From assembly GCA_021850325.1 (NCBI GenBank), contig JAJZMF010000048.1, positions 141,169 through 205,168 on the forward strand: a stretch of 64,000 bases of DNA, written 5' to 3'. This DNA is from Actinomycetes bacterium (GTDB lineage: Bacteria; Actinomycetota; Acidimicrobiia; Acidimicrobiales; Palsa-688). The notes beneath the pieces are model-generated. The model did not search any database and was not told the DNA's origin. It was given only the letters and a program-made list of their open reading frames with translations. Position 1 is the stretch's first letter, and each line of letters starts with the position of its first letter. The translations under genes were made by a program, and so were the position numbers. Shown piece after piece: positions 9,025 through 18,934 of this stretch.

Positions 9025-9758
9025 CAGTGGATCAGCGTACCTATTTGCTCGCCCGAGAGCGCACTACGGAGGTTGCCCTCCTTCATGATCGAGAAGTACA
9101 GGATCGGCAGGGAGTTCTCCTTGCAGAGGGTTATCGCCGTGAGGTCCATGGCCCGCAGGTCCTTGTCCAGGACCTCCGAGTAGTGGATGTCGGGTATCTG
9201 CTGCGCCGCAGGGTCGGTACGGGGGTCGGCCGTGTAGACGGCGTCCACTCCGCCATGTGTCCCCTTGAGGAGGACCTCCGCCCCGATCTCCACCGCGCGC
9301 AGAGCGCCGGCGGTGTCGGTGGTGAAGAACGGGTTGCCCGTCCCGGCAGCGAAGATGACCACCCTGCCCTTCTCCAGGTGCCTGATGGCGCGGAGCCTGA
9401 TGTAGGGCTCGGCCAGCTCCGACATGGCGATGGCGGTCTGGACACGGGTCGGCTGGCCCTGGCGCTCCAGGGCGTCACGCAGGGCCAGCGCATTGATCAC
9501 CGTGGCCAGCATCCCCATGTAGTCCGCAGTGGCCCGGTCCATACCGCTGGCAGAACCGGTGGCGCCCCTCCAGATGTTGCCGCCTCCCACCACGACGGCG
9601 ACCTCGGTGCCGAGCTCTGCGCTCACCTCGGCTATCTCCCGGGCCAGCCGCTCCACCACGAGGCCGTCGATCACCTCGTTGGCGGCCTCACTGGCCAGGG
9701 CCTCGCCCGAGATCTTCAGGACCACGCGCCGCCAGGGCGCCCCGGGACGGCCCATCAA
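9024..9758 (-). CDS. pyrH: UMP kinase
   Basis: [10 protein letters not shown]...[11 protein letters not shown]...[33 protein letters not shown] motifs. Overlaps the frr start by 1 nt. Confidence 0.95.
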   Translation of the reverse strand: MMGRPGAPWRRVVLKISGEALASEAANEVIDGLVVERLAREIAEVSAELGTEVAVVVGGGNIWRGATGSASGMDRATADYMGMLATVINALALRDALERQGQPTRVQTAIAMSELAEPYIRLRAIRHLEKGRVVIFAAGTGNPFFTTDTAGALRAVEIGAEVLLKGTHGGVDAVYTADPRTDPAAQQIPDIHYSEVLDKDLRAMDLTAITLCKENSLPILYFSIMKEGNLRSALSGEQIGTLIH

Positions 9759-10564
9759 CCGCCGATCACGACCTGGGCGAAGCGCACCACCTGTGCACTG
9801 CCCAGGACCTGGGCCACAGTGTGGCTGTCGTCCTTGGCGTAAGGCTGCTCGAGCAGCGCGCCGCCCGGGACCCGCTTGAACCAGCCTCCGAGCTTGCCCT
9901 CGACGATCTTGCCCATCGCGGCCTCGGGCTTGCCCTCACGGCGCGTCTCCGCCTCGAGCGTCGACCGCTCGGCTTCGACCTCCTCGGCCGGGACGTCCTC
10001 GCGTCGCAGGTACCTGGGCTTGCCGAAGGCAATGTGGACCGCCACGTCGTGGGCCATGTCCTCGTCCGCTCCGGACAGTTCAACGATCACACCGTTGACG
10101 CCGCGGTCGTTCTGGACATGCAGGTAGGAGCCGAGCGCGTTGCCCGCAGCTGCCTGGAACCGCCACACCTCACCGAGCTGGACGTTCTCCTTGGTGACGA
10201 TGTTGAGGTCCTCGATCGCCTCCTTGCGCTGGGAGACGGCGTCCTCGCCTTCGGCCGCCACCAGAGCGGCCAGTTCGTTGACCAGGTTCACGAAGTCAGG
10301 GCTCTTGGCCCCGAAGTCGGTCTCCGAGCGCAGCTGCACGAGCGCGATGGCATTGGCGCCAGCGTCGTAGGACACCGCGACCGCGCCCTCCTGGCTGTCG
10401 CGGCCAGCACGCTCGGCGGCCTTGCCCAAGCCCCGCTCACGCAACCACTTGGCCGCTGCCGTGGCGTCGCCTCCGCTCTCGGTCAACGCCCGTTTGGCGT
10501 CCATCATCCCCGCCCCTGTGAGGTTGCGGAGGTTTTGCACGTCCTTCGCCGTGAACTCTGCCAT
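9755..10564 (-). CDS. tsf: Elongation factor Ts
   Basis: N-terminal UBA-like region ([37 protein letters not shown]) and EF-Ts dimerisation domain. Overlaps the pyrH start in a GTGA/ATGA arrangement. Confidence 0.95.
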   Translation of the reverse strand: MAEFTAKDVQNLRNLTGAGMMDAKRALTESGGDATAAAKWLRERGLGKAAERAGRDSQEGAVAVSYDAGANAIALVQLRSETDFGAKSPDFVNLVNELAALVAAEGEDAVSQRKEAIEDLNIVTKENVQLGEVWRFQAAAGNALGSYLHVQNDRGVNGVIVELSGADEDMAHDVAVHIAFGKPRYLRREDVPAEEVEAERSTLEAETRREGKPEAAMGKIVEGKLGGWFKRVPGGALLEQPYAKDDSHTVAQVLGSAQVVRFAQVVIGG

Positions 10565-10578
10565 GTGTGTCTGGGCTC

Positions 10579-11475
10579 CTAACTCTGTTGTTCCGAAGGG
10601 GCGACGGGCGCCTGCTCAGGCTCTTGCATGACCGGGGCAACAGCGGGGAGCTCGACCTCCCCGGTACCGGGCGCTGCCACCGCCGCCGGCGCCTGGGGGA
10701 CAGGGCGGGTCGCCCCTATGTACGGGGCCCCGGGTGCAAAGGCCGCTGGGGGCGCGCTGGGGGCGCTCATCATCGGGGCGCCCCGGCGCGAAGCAATGAA
10801 ACGGCCCTCCTGGACGGCATCGGCCATGACCCTGCACATGAGGTTGCCGCTGCGTATGGCGTCGTCGTTGCCGGGGATCGGGTACTGGACCACATCGGGG
10901 TCGCAGTTGGTGTCCACCACGGCCACGATGGGGATGCCGATCTTGTTGGCCTCGGACACCGCGATGTGCTCCTTCTTGATGTCGATGATGAACACGGCGT
11001 CAGGGAGCCGGGACATGTCCCGGATGCCGCCCAGGTTGCGCTCGAGCTTCTCCAGCTCACGGCTGAGGATGAGGGCTTCCTTCTTGGGCATGGCCTCGAA
11101 GTCCCCGGCCGATCGCATCCGCTCGTACTCCTGCATCTTGCGCACCCGCAGCGACATCGTGCTGTAGTTGGTGAGCATCCCGCCCAGCCACCGCTCGTTG
11201 ATATAGGGCATCCCGCTCACCCGGGCGTAACGCGCTATGGGGTCCTGCGACTGCTTCTTGGTCCCGATGAAGAGCACCGTCCCGCCGTCGGCCACCAGGT
11301 CACGCAGGAACGTATAGGCCGCCTCGACCCGTTGCAGGGTCTGGTTGAGGTCGATGATGTAGATGCCGTTGCGCTCGCCGAAGATGAACCTCTTCATCTT
11401 CGGGTTCCAGCGCCTGGTCTGGTGCCCGAAGTGGACACCCGCCTCCAACAGTTGCCGCATGGTCACGACGGCCAT
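10579..11475 (-). CDS. rpsB: 30S ribosomal protein S2 (with actinobacterial-type Ala/Pro-rich C-terminal tail)
   Basis: [27 protein letters not shown]... is the canonical S2 start. RBS GGAGAGGAG precedes the ATG at 11475. The track ORF is extended upstream artificially. Confidence 0.93.
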   Translation of the reverse strand: MAVVTMRQLLEAGVHFGHQTRRWNPKMKRFIFGERNGIYIIDLNQTLQRVEAAYTFLRDLVADGGTVLFIGTKKQSQDPIARYARVSGMPYINERWLGGMLTNYSTMSLRVRKMQEYERMRSAGDFEAMPKKEALILSRELEKLERNLGGIRDMSRLPDAVFIIDIKKEHIAVSEANKIGIPIVAVVDTNCDPDVVQYPIPGNDDAIRSGNLMCRVMADAVQEGRFIASRRGAPMMSAPSAPPAAFAPGAPYIGATRPVPQAPAAVAAPGTGEVELPAVAPVMQEPEQAPVAPSEQQS

Positions 11476-11693
11476 GAGTGCTCCTCTCCATCGGTTGTCT
11501 CTTACCGGGGCGCTCGCGCCGCACGGCCCTGGGGGCCATGCCGGCGACCGTGGAGGCGCCCGGGTGTAGGTCTTGTACTGGCTACTACGGCTCACATGGA
11601 GCGCCAGCACCCGTCAGGCGAGCGCGCGGCACCCCGCACCAGGTTACACGGTCTCCGCACCGCCCTCCGCCCCAGGGCCCGGGAGCCTTCCCC

Positions 11694-12479
11694 CTACGCC
11701 GTCTCCCGGTCCGAGAGCTGCATGCGTGCCCGGAGCTGCAGCACCGCCTTGGTGTGCACCTGGCACACCCGGCTCTCCGTGACGCCCAGGACCTGCCCTA
11801 TCTCGGCCAGGGTGAGCCCTTCGTAGTAGTAGAGCGAGAGCACGACCTTCTCCCTGTCCCCCAGGCGGTTGATGGCCCGGGCCAGGATCTGCTTCATCTC
11901 CTCCACCTCGAACGCAGCCATCGGCCCGTCCCGACGGTCCGCCAGGGTGTCGCCCAGGGTCGTGGACTCCCCCCGCTCCCCGCCGGACAGCACCTCGTCC
12001 AGGGCCACGATGCCCACGAAGGAGATCTGCGAGAACTGGTTCTGCAGCTCCTCCTCGCTCACACCGAGCTCCCGGGCCACCTCGGCGTCGCTCGGGGTGC
12101 GCAGGAGCTCCGCCTCCAGCTTGGCGTAGGCCTTCTCGATGGAACGCGCCTTGGCCCGTACCGAGCGCGGGACCCAGTCGATGCTGCGTAGCTCGTCGAT
12201 GATGGCACCCTTGATGCGCGTGATCGCATAGGTCTCGAACTTGATGGCCCGCTCGTTGTCGAACTTCTCGATGGCGTCGATCAGCCCGAAGATGCCATAG
12301 CTCACCAGGTCGCACTGTTCGATCGTGTTGGGCAGCCCGACCGACACCCGGCCGGCCACGTACTTGACCAACGGCGAGTACCGCACTATCAGCATGTCAC
12401 GCAGTTCGCGCGAGCCGGTGCGCTTGTAGTCGGACCACAGCACGTCGGTGGGCAGCGAAGCTTCGTCGGTCTCCATCAC
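11694..12479 (-). CDS. whiG: RNA polymerase sigma factor, FliA/WhiG (sigma-28) family
   Basis: Sigma-70 regions 2, 3 and 4 ([11 protein letters not shown]..., ...[27 protein letters not shown]). Group-3 architecture. Adjacent to rpsB as whiG is in Streptomyces. Confidence 0.8.
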   Translation of the reverse strand: MMETDEASLPTDVLWSDYKRTGSRELRDMLIVRYSPLVKYVAGRVSVGLPNTIEQCDLVSYGIFGLIDAIEKFDNERAIKFETYAITRIKGAIIDELRSIDWVPRSVRAKARSIEKAYAKLEAELLRTPSDAEVARELGVSEEELQNQFSQISFVGIVALDEVLSGGERGESTTLGDTLADRRDGPMAAFEVEEMKQILARAINRLGDREKVVLSLYYYEGLTLAEIGQVLGVTESRVCQVHTKAVLQLRARMQLSDRETA

Positions 12480-13429
12480 GCCCTCGGGTGCGAGCTCTCG
12501 TAAACGGCCAGAAGCCGTTCCTTGCTCACGTGCGTGTAGACCTGGGTCGTACGCAGGCTGGCGTGGCCCAGGAGCTCCTGTACAACTCTGAGGTCAGCGC
12601 CCCCGTCCAGCAGGTGGGTGGCGAAGCTGTGCCTCAGGGCGTGCGGGTGGGTGGCCCTGGGTGCCCTTCGGTCCACCACCCGGCGCACGTCACGGGGCCC
12701 CAGCCGCACCCCCCTGAGGTTGAAGAAGAGAGCCTGAGGGGCCCCAGTACCATCGGCCATGAGCGGGCGTCCCTCGTCCAGCCAGACCCTCAGGGCGCCG
12801 GCGGCCGCCTCCGACAGCGGGACGCGCCGCTGCCGGGACCCCTTCCCCCACACGGTAACCCAGCCACCGTCGAGATCCAGGTCCTTGACGTCGAGGCCGC
12901 ACAGCTCGCTCACCCGCAGGCCGCTCCCGTAGAGCAGCTCGAGCAGGGCATCGTCACGCAACCGCCGCTCGGGGTGCGCCCGGCCCGGTGATGGTGGCGC
13001 CTCGAGCAGCCGCTCCACATCGCCCCGGGAGAGCGCCCTGGGCAGCCTGCGCTGGCCCCCGCGGGCCGTGAGGCCGCTCGCCGGTTCGCCCTCTACGAGA
13101 CCGTTACGCTGGGCCCAGCTGAAGTACCGCCGCAGGGCGGCAGCCCTCTGGGCGACAGTCTGGCGGGCGTAGCCCCGGGTGGCCTGGTAGGCGAGGTACC
13201 GGCGCAGCACCAGCCGGCTGACACCCTCCGGCCCGGTGGTACCGGCACGCTCCGCCCAGGTCACAAAGGACTGCACCCCCTGCTCATAGGCCCGCAGAGT
13301 GGCCGGCGACACGTCGGTGAGGGAACCCAGCCACTCGCTCAGGCGCCAACCGGTCACAGCGCCATTCTCACCGACCGCCGCCCTGTGGCCACTCAGTGTG
13401 CCACTCACAGTGTCGTCAGCACAGCCCAC
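12476..13429 (-). CDS. xerC: Tyrosine recombinase XerC
   Basis: Catalytic R..HxxR..Y signature (...[43 protein letters not shown]). Conserved position next to whiG/rpsB. The exact start is uncertain. Confidence 0.88.
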   Translation of the reverse strand: MGCADDTVSGTLSGHRAAVGENGAVTGWRLSEWLGSLTDVSPATLRAYEQGVQSFVTWAERAGTTGPEGVSRLVLRRYLAYQATRGYARQTVAQRAAALRRYFSWAQRNGLVEGEPASGLTARGGQRRLPRALSRGDVERLLEAPPSPGRAHPERRLRDDALLELLYGSGLRVSELCGLDVKDLDLDGGWVTVWGKGSRQRRVPLSEAAAGALRVWLDEGRPLMADGTGAPQALFFNLRGVRLGPRDVRRVVDRRAPRATHPHALRHSFATHLLDGGADLRVVQELLGHASLRTTQVYTHVSKERLLAVYESSHPRA

Positions 13430-13490
13430 AGTGGTAAAGGTTAGCCTGAGATACCGGCTTACGTCGCAGTGACCTGGTTACTATGAGCCG

Positions 13491-13973
13491 GTGGTGAGCC
13501 GGAGCGCCCGGCGGGCGGCACGGGTGGTCCTGCTGGGCCCCTCAGATGCGGTGCTCCTGGTCTCGGGCCGTGACCCTGCGGACGATGGGCCCGGCCTCTT
13601 CTGGTACACCCCCGGAGGTGGCCTGGAGCAGGACGAGCAGCCCGAGGAAGCCGCCTGCCGGGAGGCCCGGGAGGAGGTGGGTGCCCGGCTGGGCCACCTC
13701 GGGCCGGTGGTCTGGCGCCGCCGTTCGCGGTTCGTCTTCGATGGACGGGACTTCTTCCAGGAGGAGGTGTTCTACGTGGTGCGGACGCCCCACTTCGACC
13801 CCGTGCCCCATGCGCTCACCGACCTCGAGGTGCGCTCCCGGATGTCGGCCCGGTGGTGGGACCTGGACGAGCTCGCCCGGTCAGGCGAGACCGTCTACCC
13901 GGCTCAGCTGGTGGCGCTGGTACGCGACTGGCTGGACAATGGGCCACCGCCCGCTCCTCTGGAGATCGGCTGA
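13491..13973 (+). CDS. NUDIX hydrolase
   Basis: Nudix box GGGLEQDEQPEEAACREAREEVG. There is a TACTAT -10-like hexamer about 7 nt upstream of the GTG, which suggests a leaderless transcript. Confidence 0.75.
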   Translation: MVSRSARRAARVVLLGPSDAVLLVSGRDPADDGPGLFWYTPGGGLEQDEQPEEAACREAREEVGARLGHLGPVVWRRRSRFVFDGRDFFQEEVFYVVRTPHFDPVPHALTDLEVRSRMSARWWDLDELARSGETVYPAQLVALVRDWLDNGPPPAPLEIG

Positions 13974-13982
13974 CCCCGGGGC

Positions 13983-14783
13983 TCAGCGTTGGTGCAGGGG
14001 GCACCACCACGTGGTACGGCCGGCGACGCGGGCCCGTTGAAGCTCGGCACCGTCGACCGGGCACCGGCCGCCGGGGCGGCGCTGGGCCATCAGGTCCCCG
14101 GTGTGCGAGCCACCGCGGCCCGTCATCGTGCGCACCCCTTCGCCCAGGTGCCTGTGCAGTCGGCGCAGCTCCGCCTCCTCCAGGCTCCCGCTGGGCCGGC
14201 CCGGGCGGAGGCCGGCGCGCCAGAGCACCTCGTCGGCGATGAGGTTGCCCACTCCGGCCAGGCGTGCCTGGTCCGTCAACCTTGCCTTCAGGGCCCCCCG
14301 CCCGCCCGCCAGGGCCGAGCGGAGCTGGTCCAGTGTGACCCCGGAGGCATCGGGCCCGAGGCGCTCCCAGTGCGGGCCGAGCTCCACCCCGCCCAGGCGG
14401 CGCGGGTCCCGGACCACCAGGGAACCACCGTCGTCGAAGCGCAGGCCGAACCGGTCGTAGGCCCGCCCTGGCTGTTGCGGGCTGTAGAGCAGGTCCCCTG
14501 CTGCGCCAATGCCGTCCACCAGGAGCCGACCGGTCATCCCGAACCGAAGGCCGAGCAGAGGGGCGCCCGGTCCGCAACCCTCGACCGAGGCCCGGAGGAG
14601 CAGCAACTTGCCCACCCGGCGAGCCTCCACGAGCCGCCTGCCGATGAGCACCTCCAGGTCCCGGGCCTGCAGGCCCCCCTTGAGGTACCACGGGTCGGGG
14701 GCGTCGACCCCGGTGACCCGCCGTCCCAGCGCCGCCTCTTGCGCCAGTGCGCGGTAGGCCTCGACCTCGATCAGCTCCGGCAC
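13983..14783 (-). CDS. Formamidopyrimidine-DNA glycosylase / endonuclease VIII family (Fpg/Nei)
   Basis: MPELIEVEAYR N-terminus (catalytic Pro2/Glu3), H2TH region, and a degenerate C-terminal zinc finger (C,D...C,H). Confidence 0.85.
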   Translation of the reverse strand: MPELIEVEAYRALAQEAALGRRVTGVDAPDPWYLKGGLQARDLEVLIGRRLVEARRVGKLLLLRASVEGCGPGAPLLGLRFGMTGRLLVDGIGAAGDLLYSPQQPGRAYDRFGLRFDDGGSLVVRDPRRLGGVELGPHWERLGPDASGVTLDQLRSALAGGRGALKARLTDQARLAGVGNLIADEVLWRAGLRPGRPSGSLEEAELRRLHRHLGEGVRTMTGRGGSHTGDLMAQRRPGGRCPVDGAELQRARVAGRTTWWCPLHQR

Positions 14784-14820
14784 GTGCCCGAAGCTAGCCC
14801 CGCTCCGGGCTTCGCCCGCC

Positions 14821-17430
14821 TCACGCCCCGAGGGCGCCGACCGGTTCCGCCACGGAGCAGACGTGCCCCTGCCTGTGCTCGGACTTGGCCCGGTACATGG
14901 CGCGGTCTGCGTCCCTCAGGACCTGCTCCGGGCGCTCGTAGCCAGGGCCGCCGACCGCCGCACCGATGCTCGCCGTGACCACGACCGCCCGGCCCTCCAG
15001 CTCGTAGGGCTTGCTCAGCGCCTCCGACAGCTGCCGCACGAGCCGGTCAGCAGCCGGCCGGCCCGCTTCTTCGAGCAGGACGACGAACTCGTCGCCACCG
15101 AAGCGGGCCGCCGTGTCCGTCCGGCGCAGCTCACCCCGGATGCGTTGACCGACCTGGGCCAGGACCGTGTCGCCGCACAAGTGGCCCATCGTGTCGTTGA
15201 GCTGTTTGAAGTTGTCGAGGTCGAGCCAGAGCACCGCATAGGAGAGCCTGGGACGGCGCCTGGTCGCGGCCATGGCCTGGGCCAGGCGGTCGAGGAACAG
15301 GACCCGGTTGGCGAGCCCCGTCACCGGGTCGTAGAGGGCCTGCTGGCGCAGACGCTCTTCCAGCTCCCGACGCTCGTTGACGTCCGTGAGGGCGCCCACG
15401 ACGCGTTGCGCCGGCCGGCCCGTACCCGGGACGGCCAACCCTCGGGCCAGTGCCCAGCGGTAGCTGCCATCGGTGGCACGCAGACGGTGCTCGTTGGTGA
15501 AGGCCGCCGCCCGACCCGCTTTCAGCTCCTCGAACTGGGCCAGGAGCGCCGGGGCGTCCTCGGGGTGCACCCTGTCCAACCACTCCTCCGGGCCCCGGCC
15601 CACCTCCTGCTCACCAGGCCCGATGAGCAGCTTGCAACGGCTCGAGTAGTACATGGTGCCCGTGCCGAGGTCCCAGTCCCACAGCCCGTCGTTGGCTGCC
15701 TCGGCTGCCAGCGCGTAGCGCTCCTCGCTCTCGCGCACAGCACGGGCCATCTCCTTCTCTCGCTGGTACGACCGGGACAGGTCCTCGCCCCTCTGGCGCA
15801 GCGAGCTGAGGAGCGCCCGGTGGTCGAGGGCCTCACTGAACAGTGCCGACCAGGCGAAGTGGGCCTCCTGTTCGAGCTGGGGGCCGAGGGGCTCGGCAAC
15901 GGCCAGGAAGCCCCAGTCCGAACCGGCGCTCGCCACGGGCAGCACGCACACCAGTTCCTTGTCGCCCGCACCCACCAGCAGCTCGTCGGGCGGGAACTGC
16001 TCCACCGGCACCCGGGCGCCGTCGACCGCCAGGGCCCCACCGTCGGCGTCGAAGGTGGCCACCAGGTCGAGCTGGCTGCCCCGGCCGGCAGCTTCGGGTG
16101 GAGCCATCGGGTGCTCCCGGGCGGCGACCGGCCACAGGCCCAGGGCGCCCAGGCGGGCGCTGGTGCCCCGCAACCACTCCAGTGACCGGGGGTCGTTCTC
16201 GTGCCGGCCGAGGAGGTCGAGGGTCAGGCGGTACTGGTCGCGCAGCTCCTTGCGCACCTGGTAGTAGGAGCCGGCCCGTTGGTCCATCTGCGCTCGGGCC
16301 AGAGAGAGCCCTACCTGGGCAAGGCAGTGCCCGAGGCTCTCGCGGGCGGCGGCCGTGCTGTACATCTCACCGAGCTCAGCGCACAGGCGCCCTGCGAACT
16401 GGTCGAGCGCGTCCTGGGCTTGGCGGGTCGGGACGTCGGCGTAGAAAGCCTGGCACAGCTCGGTCACCCGGGCCAGGTGCGCGCCCGTCGAGCCGGCCCG
16501 GGCCGCCTCCTCGAAAACGGCTGCCAACTGGGCCCCCATGGCCGGCCAGTGCCCTCCCGCTCCGAGGTGGGCGACGTGGGCGGCACCCTCCATCCCGGCC
16601 AGGAACTGGTCCAGAGCCGCCACAGGGGGGAAGGCAGCGAGCCGGGGACCGCTCAGCGAGCAGCCGCAGCTCTCCCTGATGACCAGCGACGTCGGGACCA
16701 CCTTGCGCCCGGGCGGCAGCTGAGCGCCGCCGACCGCCGCGAGCACCAGCTCGGCCGCCAGCCGCCCGACCCGGTCGAGGTCCTGGGCGACCGTCGAGAG
16801 CGCCGGTGACATGAGGGCGCAGTCCGGCTTGTCGTCAAAGCCGATGACTGCCTGGTCTGCGGGCACCTGCAGGCCTGCGGCCTGCAGGCCCCGCACGAAA
16901 CCGACAGCGTTGAGGTCGGTCGCCACCAAGGAGGCGGTCGACGGGCACCCGGCTGCGAGGAACGACTCGACCGCCCGGCCCGCTCCGTGCTCGAAGTTGT
17001 TGTCGGTGCTGAAGACCAGGCCGGGGCTCACCTCGAGGTCGTGGTGCTCTACCGCCGCCCGGTAGGCCTCGTACCGCTCCCTTATGTCGAACTGGTCGAG
17101 GCAGCCCACGAAGGCGACGCGGCGGTGGCCGTGGGCAGCGAGGTGCCCCACGGCCTGGGCTACACCCAGGGCGTTGTCCGAGACCACCGAGGCGCACCCC
17201 TCGGCGCCCGGTCCCTCGTCCCCGACCTGCACCACCGGGTTGCCGTAACCGACGAGCCTCTGCACATAGCCTGGCGGTACGGCATTGGCGATGGTCACAA
17301 AGCCATCAGCGCGCCGCCAACCCACCTGGGCGAGGTCGGAGAGGGTCACGCCCTGGTGGTAGCTACGGCCCGTCCCTGCCGTCTGTACAGCGAACAGGCT
17401 CCCCCCTCGGGCCCGCACCTCGCTCAGCAC
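14821..17430 (-). CDS. Multidomain sensor diguanylate cyclase: truncated LacI-type sugar-binding (PBP1) domain, helical/GAF-like region, PAS, GGDEF
   Basis: Residues 60-240 match the effector-binding core of LacI-family regulators (GHRRVAFVGC...VIGFDDKPDCALMSPALSTVAQD) with no HTH. A PAS domain follows (ERYALAAEAANDGLWDWDL...). The GGDEF domain has an intact RxGGDEF (ARFGGDEFVVL) and an I-site-like RRTD. Confidence 0.8.
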   Translation of the reverse strand: MLSEVRARGGSLFAVQTAGTGRSYHQGVTLSDLAQVGWRRADGFVTIANAVPPGYVQRLVGYGNPVVQVGDEGPGAEGCASVVSDNALGVAQAVGHLAAHGHRRVAFVGCLDQFDIRERYEAYRAAVEHHDLEVSPGLVFSTDNNFEHGAGRAVESFLAAGCPSTASLVATDLNAVGFVRGLQAAGLQVPADQAVIGFDDKPDCALMSPALSTVAQDLDRVGRLAAELVLAAVGGAQLPPGRKVVPTSLVIRESCGCSLSGPRLAAFPPVAALDQFLAGMEGAAHVAHLGAGGHWPAMGAQLAAVFEEAARAGSTGAHLARVTELCQAFYADVPTRQAQDALDQFAGRLCAELGEMYSTAAARESLGHCLAQVGLSLARAQMDQRAGSYYQVRKELRDQYRLTLDLLGRHENDPRSLEWLRGTSARLGALGLWPVAAREHPMAPPEAAGRGSQLDLVATFDADGGALAVDGARVPVEQFPPDELLVGAGDKELVCVLPVASAGSDWGFLAVAEPLGPQLEQEAHFAWSALFSEALDHRALLSSLRQRGEDLSRSYQREKEMARAVRESEERYALAAEAANDGLWDWDLGTGTMYYSSRCKLLIGPGEQEVGRGPEEWLDRVHPEDAPALLAQFEELKAGRAAAFTNEHRLRATDGSYRWALARGLAVPGTGRPAQRVVGALTDVNERRELEERLRQQALYDPVTGLANRVLFLDRLAQAMAATRRRPRLSYAVLWLDLDNFKQLNDTMGHLCGDTVLAQVGQRIRGELRRTDTAARFGGDEFVVLLEEAGRPAADRLVRQLSEALSKPYELEGRAVVVTASIGAAVGGPGYERPEQVLRDADRAMYRAKSEHRQGHVCSVAEPVGALGA

Positions 17431-17539
17431 GGCTGCGATGAGCGGGCCCTCGTAGGCCCCGGCCAGGTAGCCGGAAAGAACGCATATCGTCGGTCCCGCT
17501 CCGCGTCCTATTTTGGGTCATCCTCCCTGGTGCGCCCAG

Positions 17540-18934
17540 CTATGCAATTGGATCGTCGACCCGTGCCCGGTCCTTAGCGCCCGGTCCTTGCCACTGACCA
17601 GGGCCCCGGGGGTTGCCGGTCCGGTACCACCAACCCTCCTCCTCGGCCACCAGGCCCTCCTGCCTGAGCCGTCCGAGCGTGAGCACCACGGCACCGACGG
17701 GAAGGCCCGAACGCTCGACCACCTCGTCCAGGCAGCAGGGCCTATAAGGCACGGCCTGACAGACAGCGCTCTCCAGGGCCCGCTCGGCCGGCGCATGCCG
17801 GACCGTGGTCCTCACGGCTCCAGGAGGCACCTCGAGCGGTGCCTCCTGCTCGGCCCAGGGGAGCTCGTCCTGACCACCGTCCCCGCCCCGGGCACCGTCC
17901 CCGCCCCGGGCACCGTCCCCGCCCCGGGCACCGGGCCCGGCCTGGGGAGCCGGGCCCCGGCCCCCCTTCGTCGCCGTTACAGGCCGGCCACTGCCGGCTC
18001 GTCGCGCCGGTGTGCGGCCGAGCAGGCAGAGCACGTCCTCGGCACAGGTCACCACAGCCGCTCCTTGAGCGAGCAGACGGTTGGTCCCAGCCGAGGCGGA
18101 GCTGTGGACAGGGCCGGGCACCGCACCCACCTCGCGGCCAAGGGCGAGCGCGGCATCGACCGTGTGCCAGGACCCTCCTTTGACGTGGCTCTCGACCACG
18201 ACCACGGCCTGCGAGAGGGCGGCTATCACCCTGTTGCGGGAAGGGAAGCGCCAGCCCTGCGGCGGCGTGCCCGGAGGTGCGCCCGAAACGAGCGTGCCAA
18301 CCCTGCCCACCTCCGCCCAGAGAGCCGAATTGGCCCTCGGGTAGACCACGTCGACACCGCTCGCCGCCACCGCCACGGTTGGGACCTGGCCCCGGGCGCG
18401 CACCGACAGCGCCCCACTGTGGGCCGCTGCATCGATACCCAGGGCCAGCCCGGAGACCACGGTGATGCCGGCTGCCACGAGGTCCCGGGCCAGCTCGTAC
18501 GCCGTAGCCCGGCCGTCCGGGGTACAACGTCTGGTGCCCACGAGGGCCACGGCCGGGCCTCCCAGGGCCCCCACTGAGCCCTTTGCGAACAGCGGCCAGC
18601 ACAGGGCCAGCCAATCGGGCGTACCATCCTGCCGCCCGCGCCCACCCGGCCAGACGACGTCGACCTCCAGGGCCAGGCACCGGGCCCAGAGCACCCCTGG
18701 GTCAGGGTAGGCGGGGCGGCGCAGTGCCGTGCCAGACCTTCCCTGTGCCCTCGGGCCGGGCGGACGGACCGCTCCCTCGACGACCTGCCTCCATGCCAGT
18801 TCGGGCGGGCTGTCCAGCAGCACGGAGCGGACCCAGGCTGGTCCCGCCCCGGGCACGCTGCTGAGGGCCAAGACGTACGCCTCGGCCGGTAACCGCTGGT
18901 CCAGACCTTGCGCCGCCCTCACCCCCGAGCCCAC
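17540..18934 (-). CDS. dprA: DNA processing protein DprA (Smf) with inserted (GARGGD)3 repeat linker
   Basis: Rossmann-like DprA core (VALVGTRRCTPDGRATAYELARDLVAAGITVVSGLALGIDAAAHSGAL...NRVIAAL). The C-terminal winged-helix region follows a Gly/Arg-rich repeat. Confidence 0.88.
   Translation of the reverse strand: MGSGVRAAQGLDQRLPAEAYVLALSSVPGAGPAWVRSVLLDSPPELAWRQVVEGAVRPPGPRAQGRSGTALRRPAYPDPGVLWARCLALEVDVVWPGGRGRQDGTPDWLALCWPLFAKGSVGALGGPAVALVGTRRCTPDGRATAYELARDLVAAGITVVSGLALGIDAAAHSGALSVRARGQVPTVAVAASGVDVVYPRANSALWAEVGRVGTLVSGAPPGTPPQGWRFPSRNRVIAALSQAVVVVESHVKGGSWHTVDAALALGREVGAVPGPVHSSASAGTNRLLAQGAAVVTCAEDVLCLLGRTPARRAGSGRPVTATKGGRGPAPQAGPGARGGDGARGGDGARGGDGGQDELPWAEQEAPLEVPPGAVRTTVRHAPAERALESAVCQAVPYRPCCLDEVVERSGLPVGAVVLTLGRLRQEGLVAEEEGWWYRTGNPRGPGQWQGPGAKDRARVDDPIA
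17878..17931. repeat. Tandem direct repeat, 18 bp x3 (cgtccccgccccgggcac), in-frame within dprA
   Basis: Three exact copies visible in the sequence. They encode GARGGD x3 on the minus strand. Confidence 0.85.

Noticed and set aside
7750-9183. 477-aa plus-strand ORF across cdsA/frr/pyrH
   Set aside because: It is antisense to three conserved genes, with no recognisable motifs.
17878-17931. Possible CRISPR-like array (also checked the repeats at 7700-7735 and 63883-63933)
   Set aside because: The repeats are directly adjacent with no spacers, and only 2-3 copies each. Two of them lie in coding frame. No cas genes are present. They are tandem repeats, not CRISPR.
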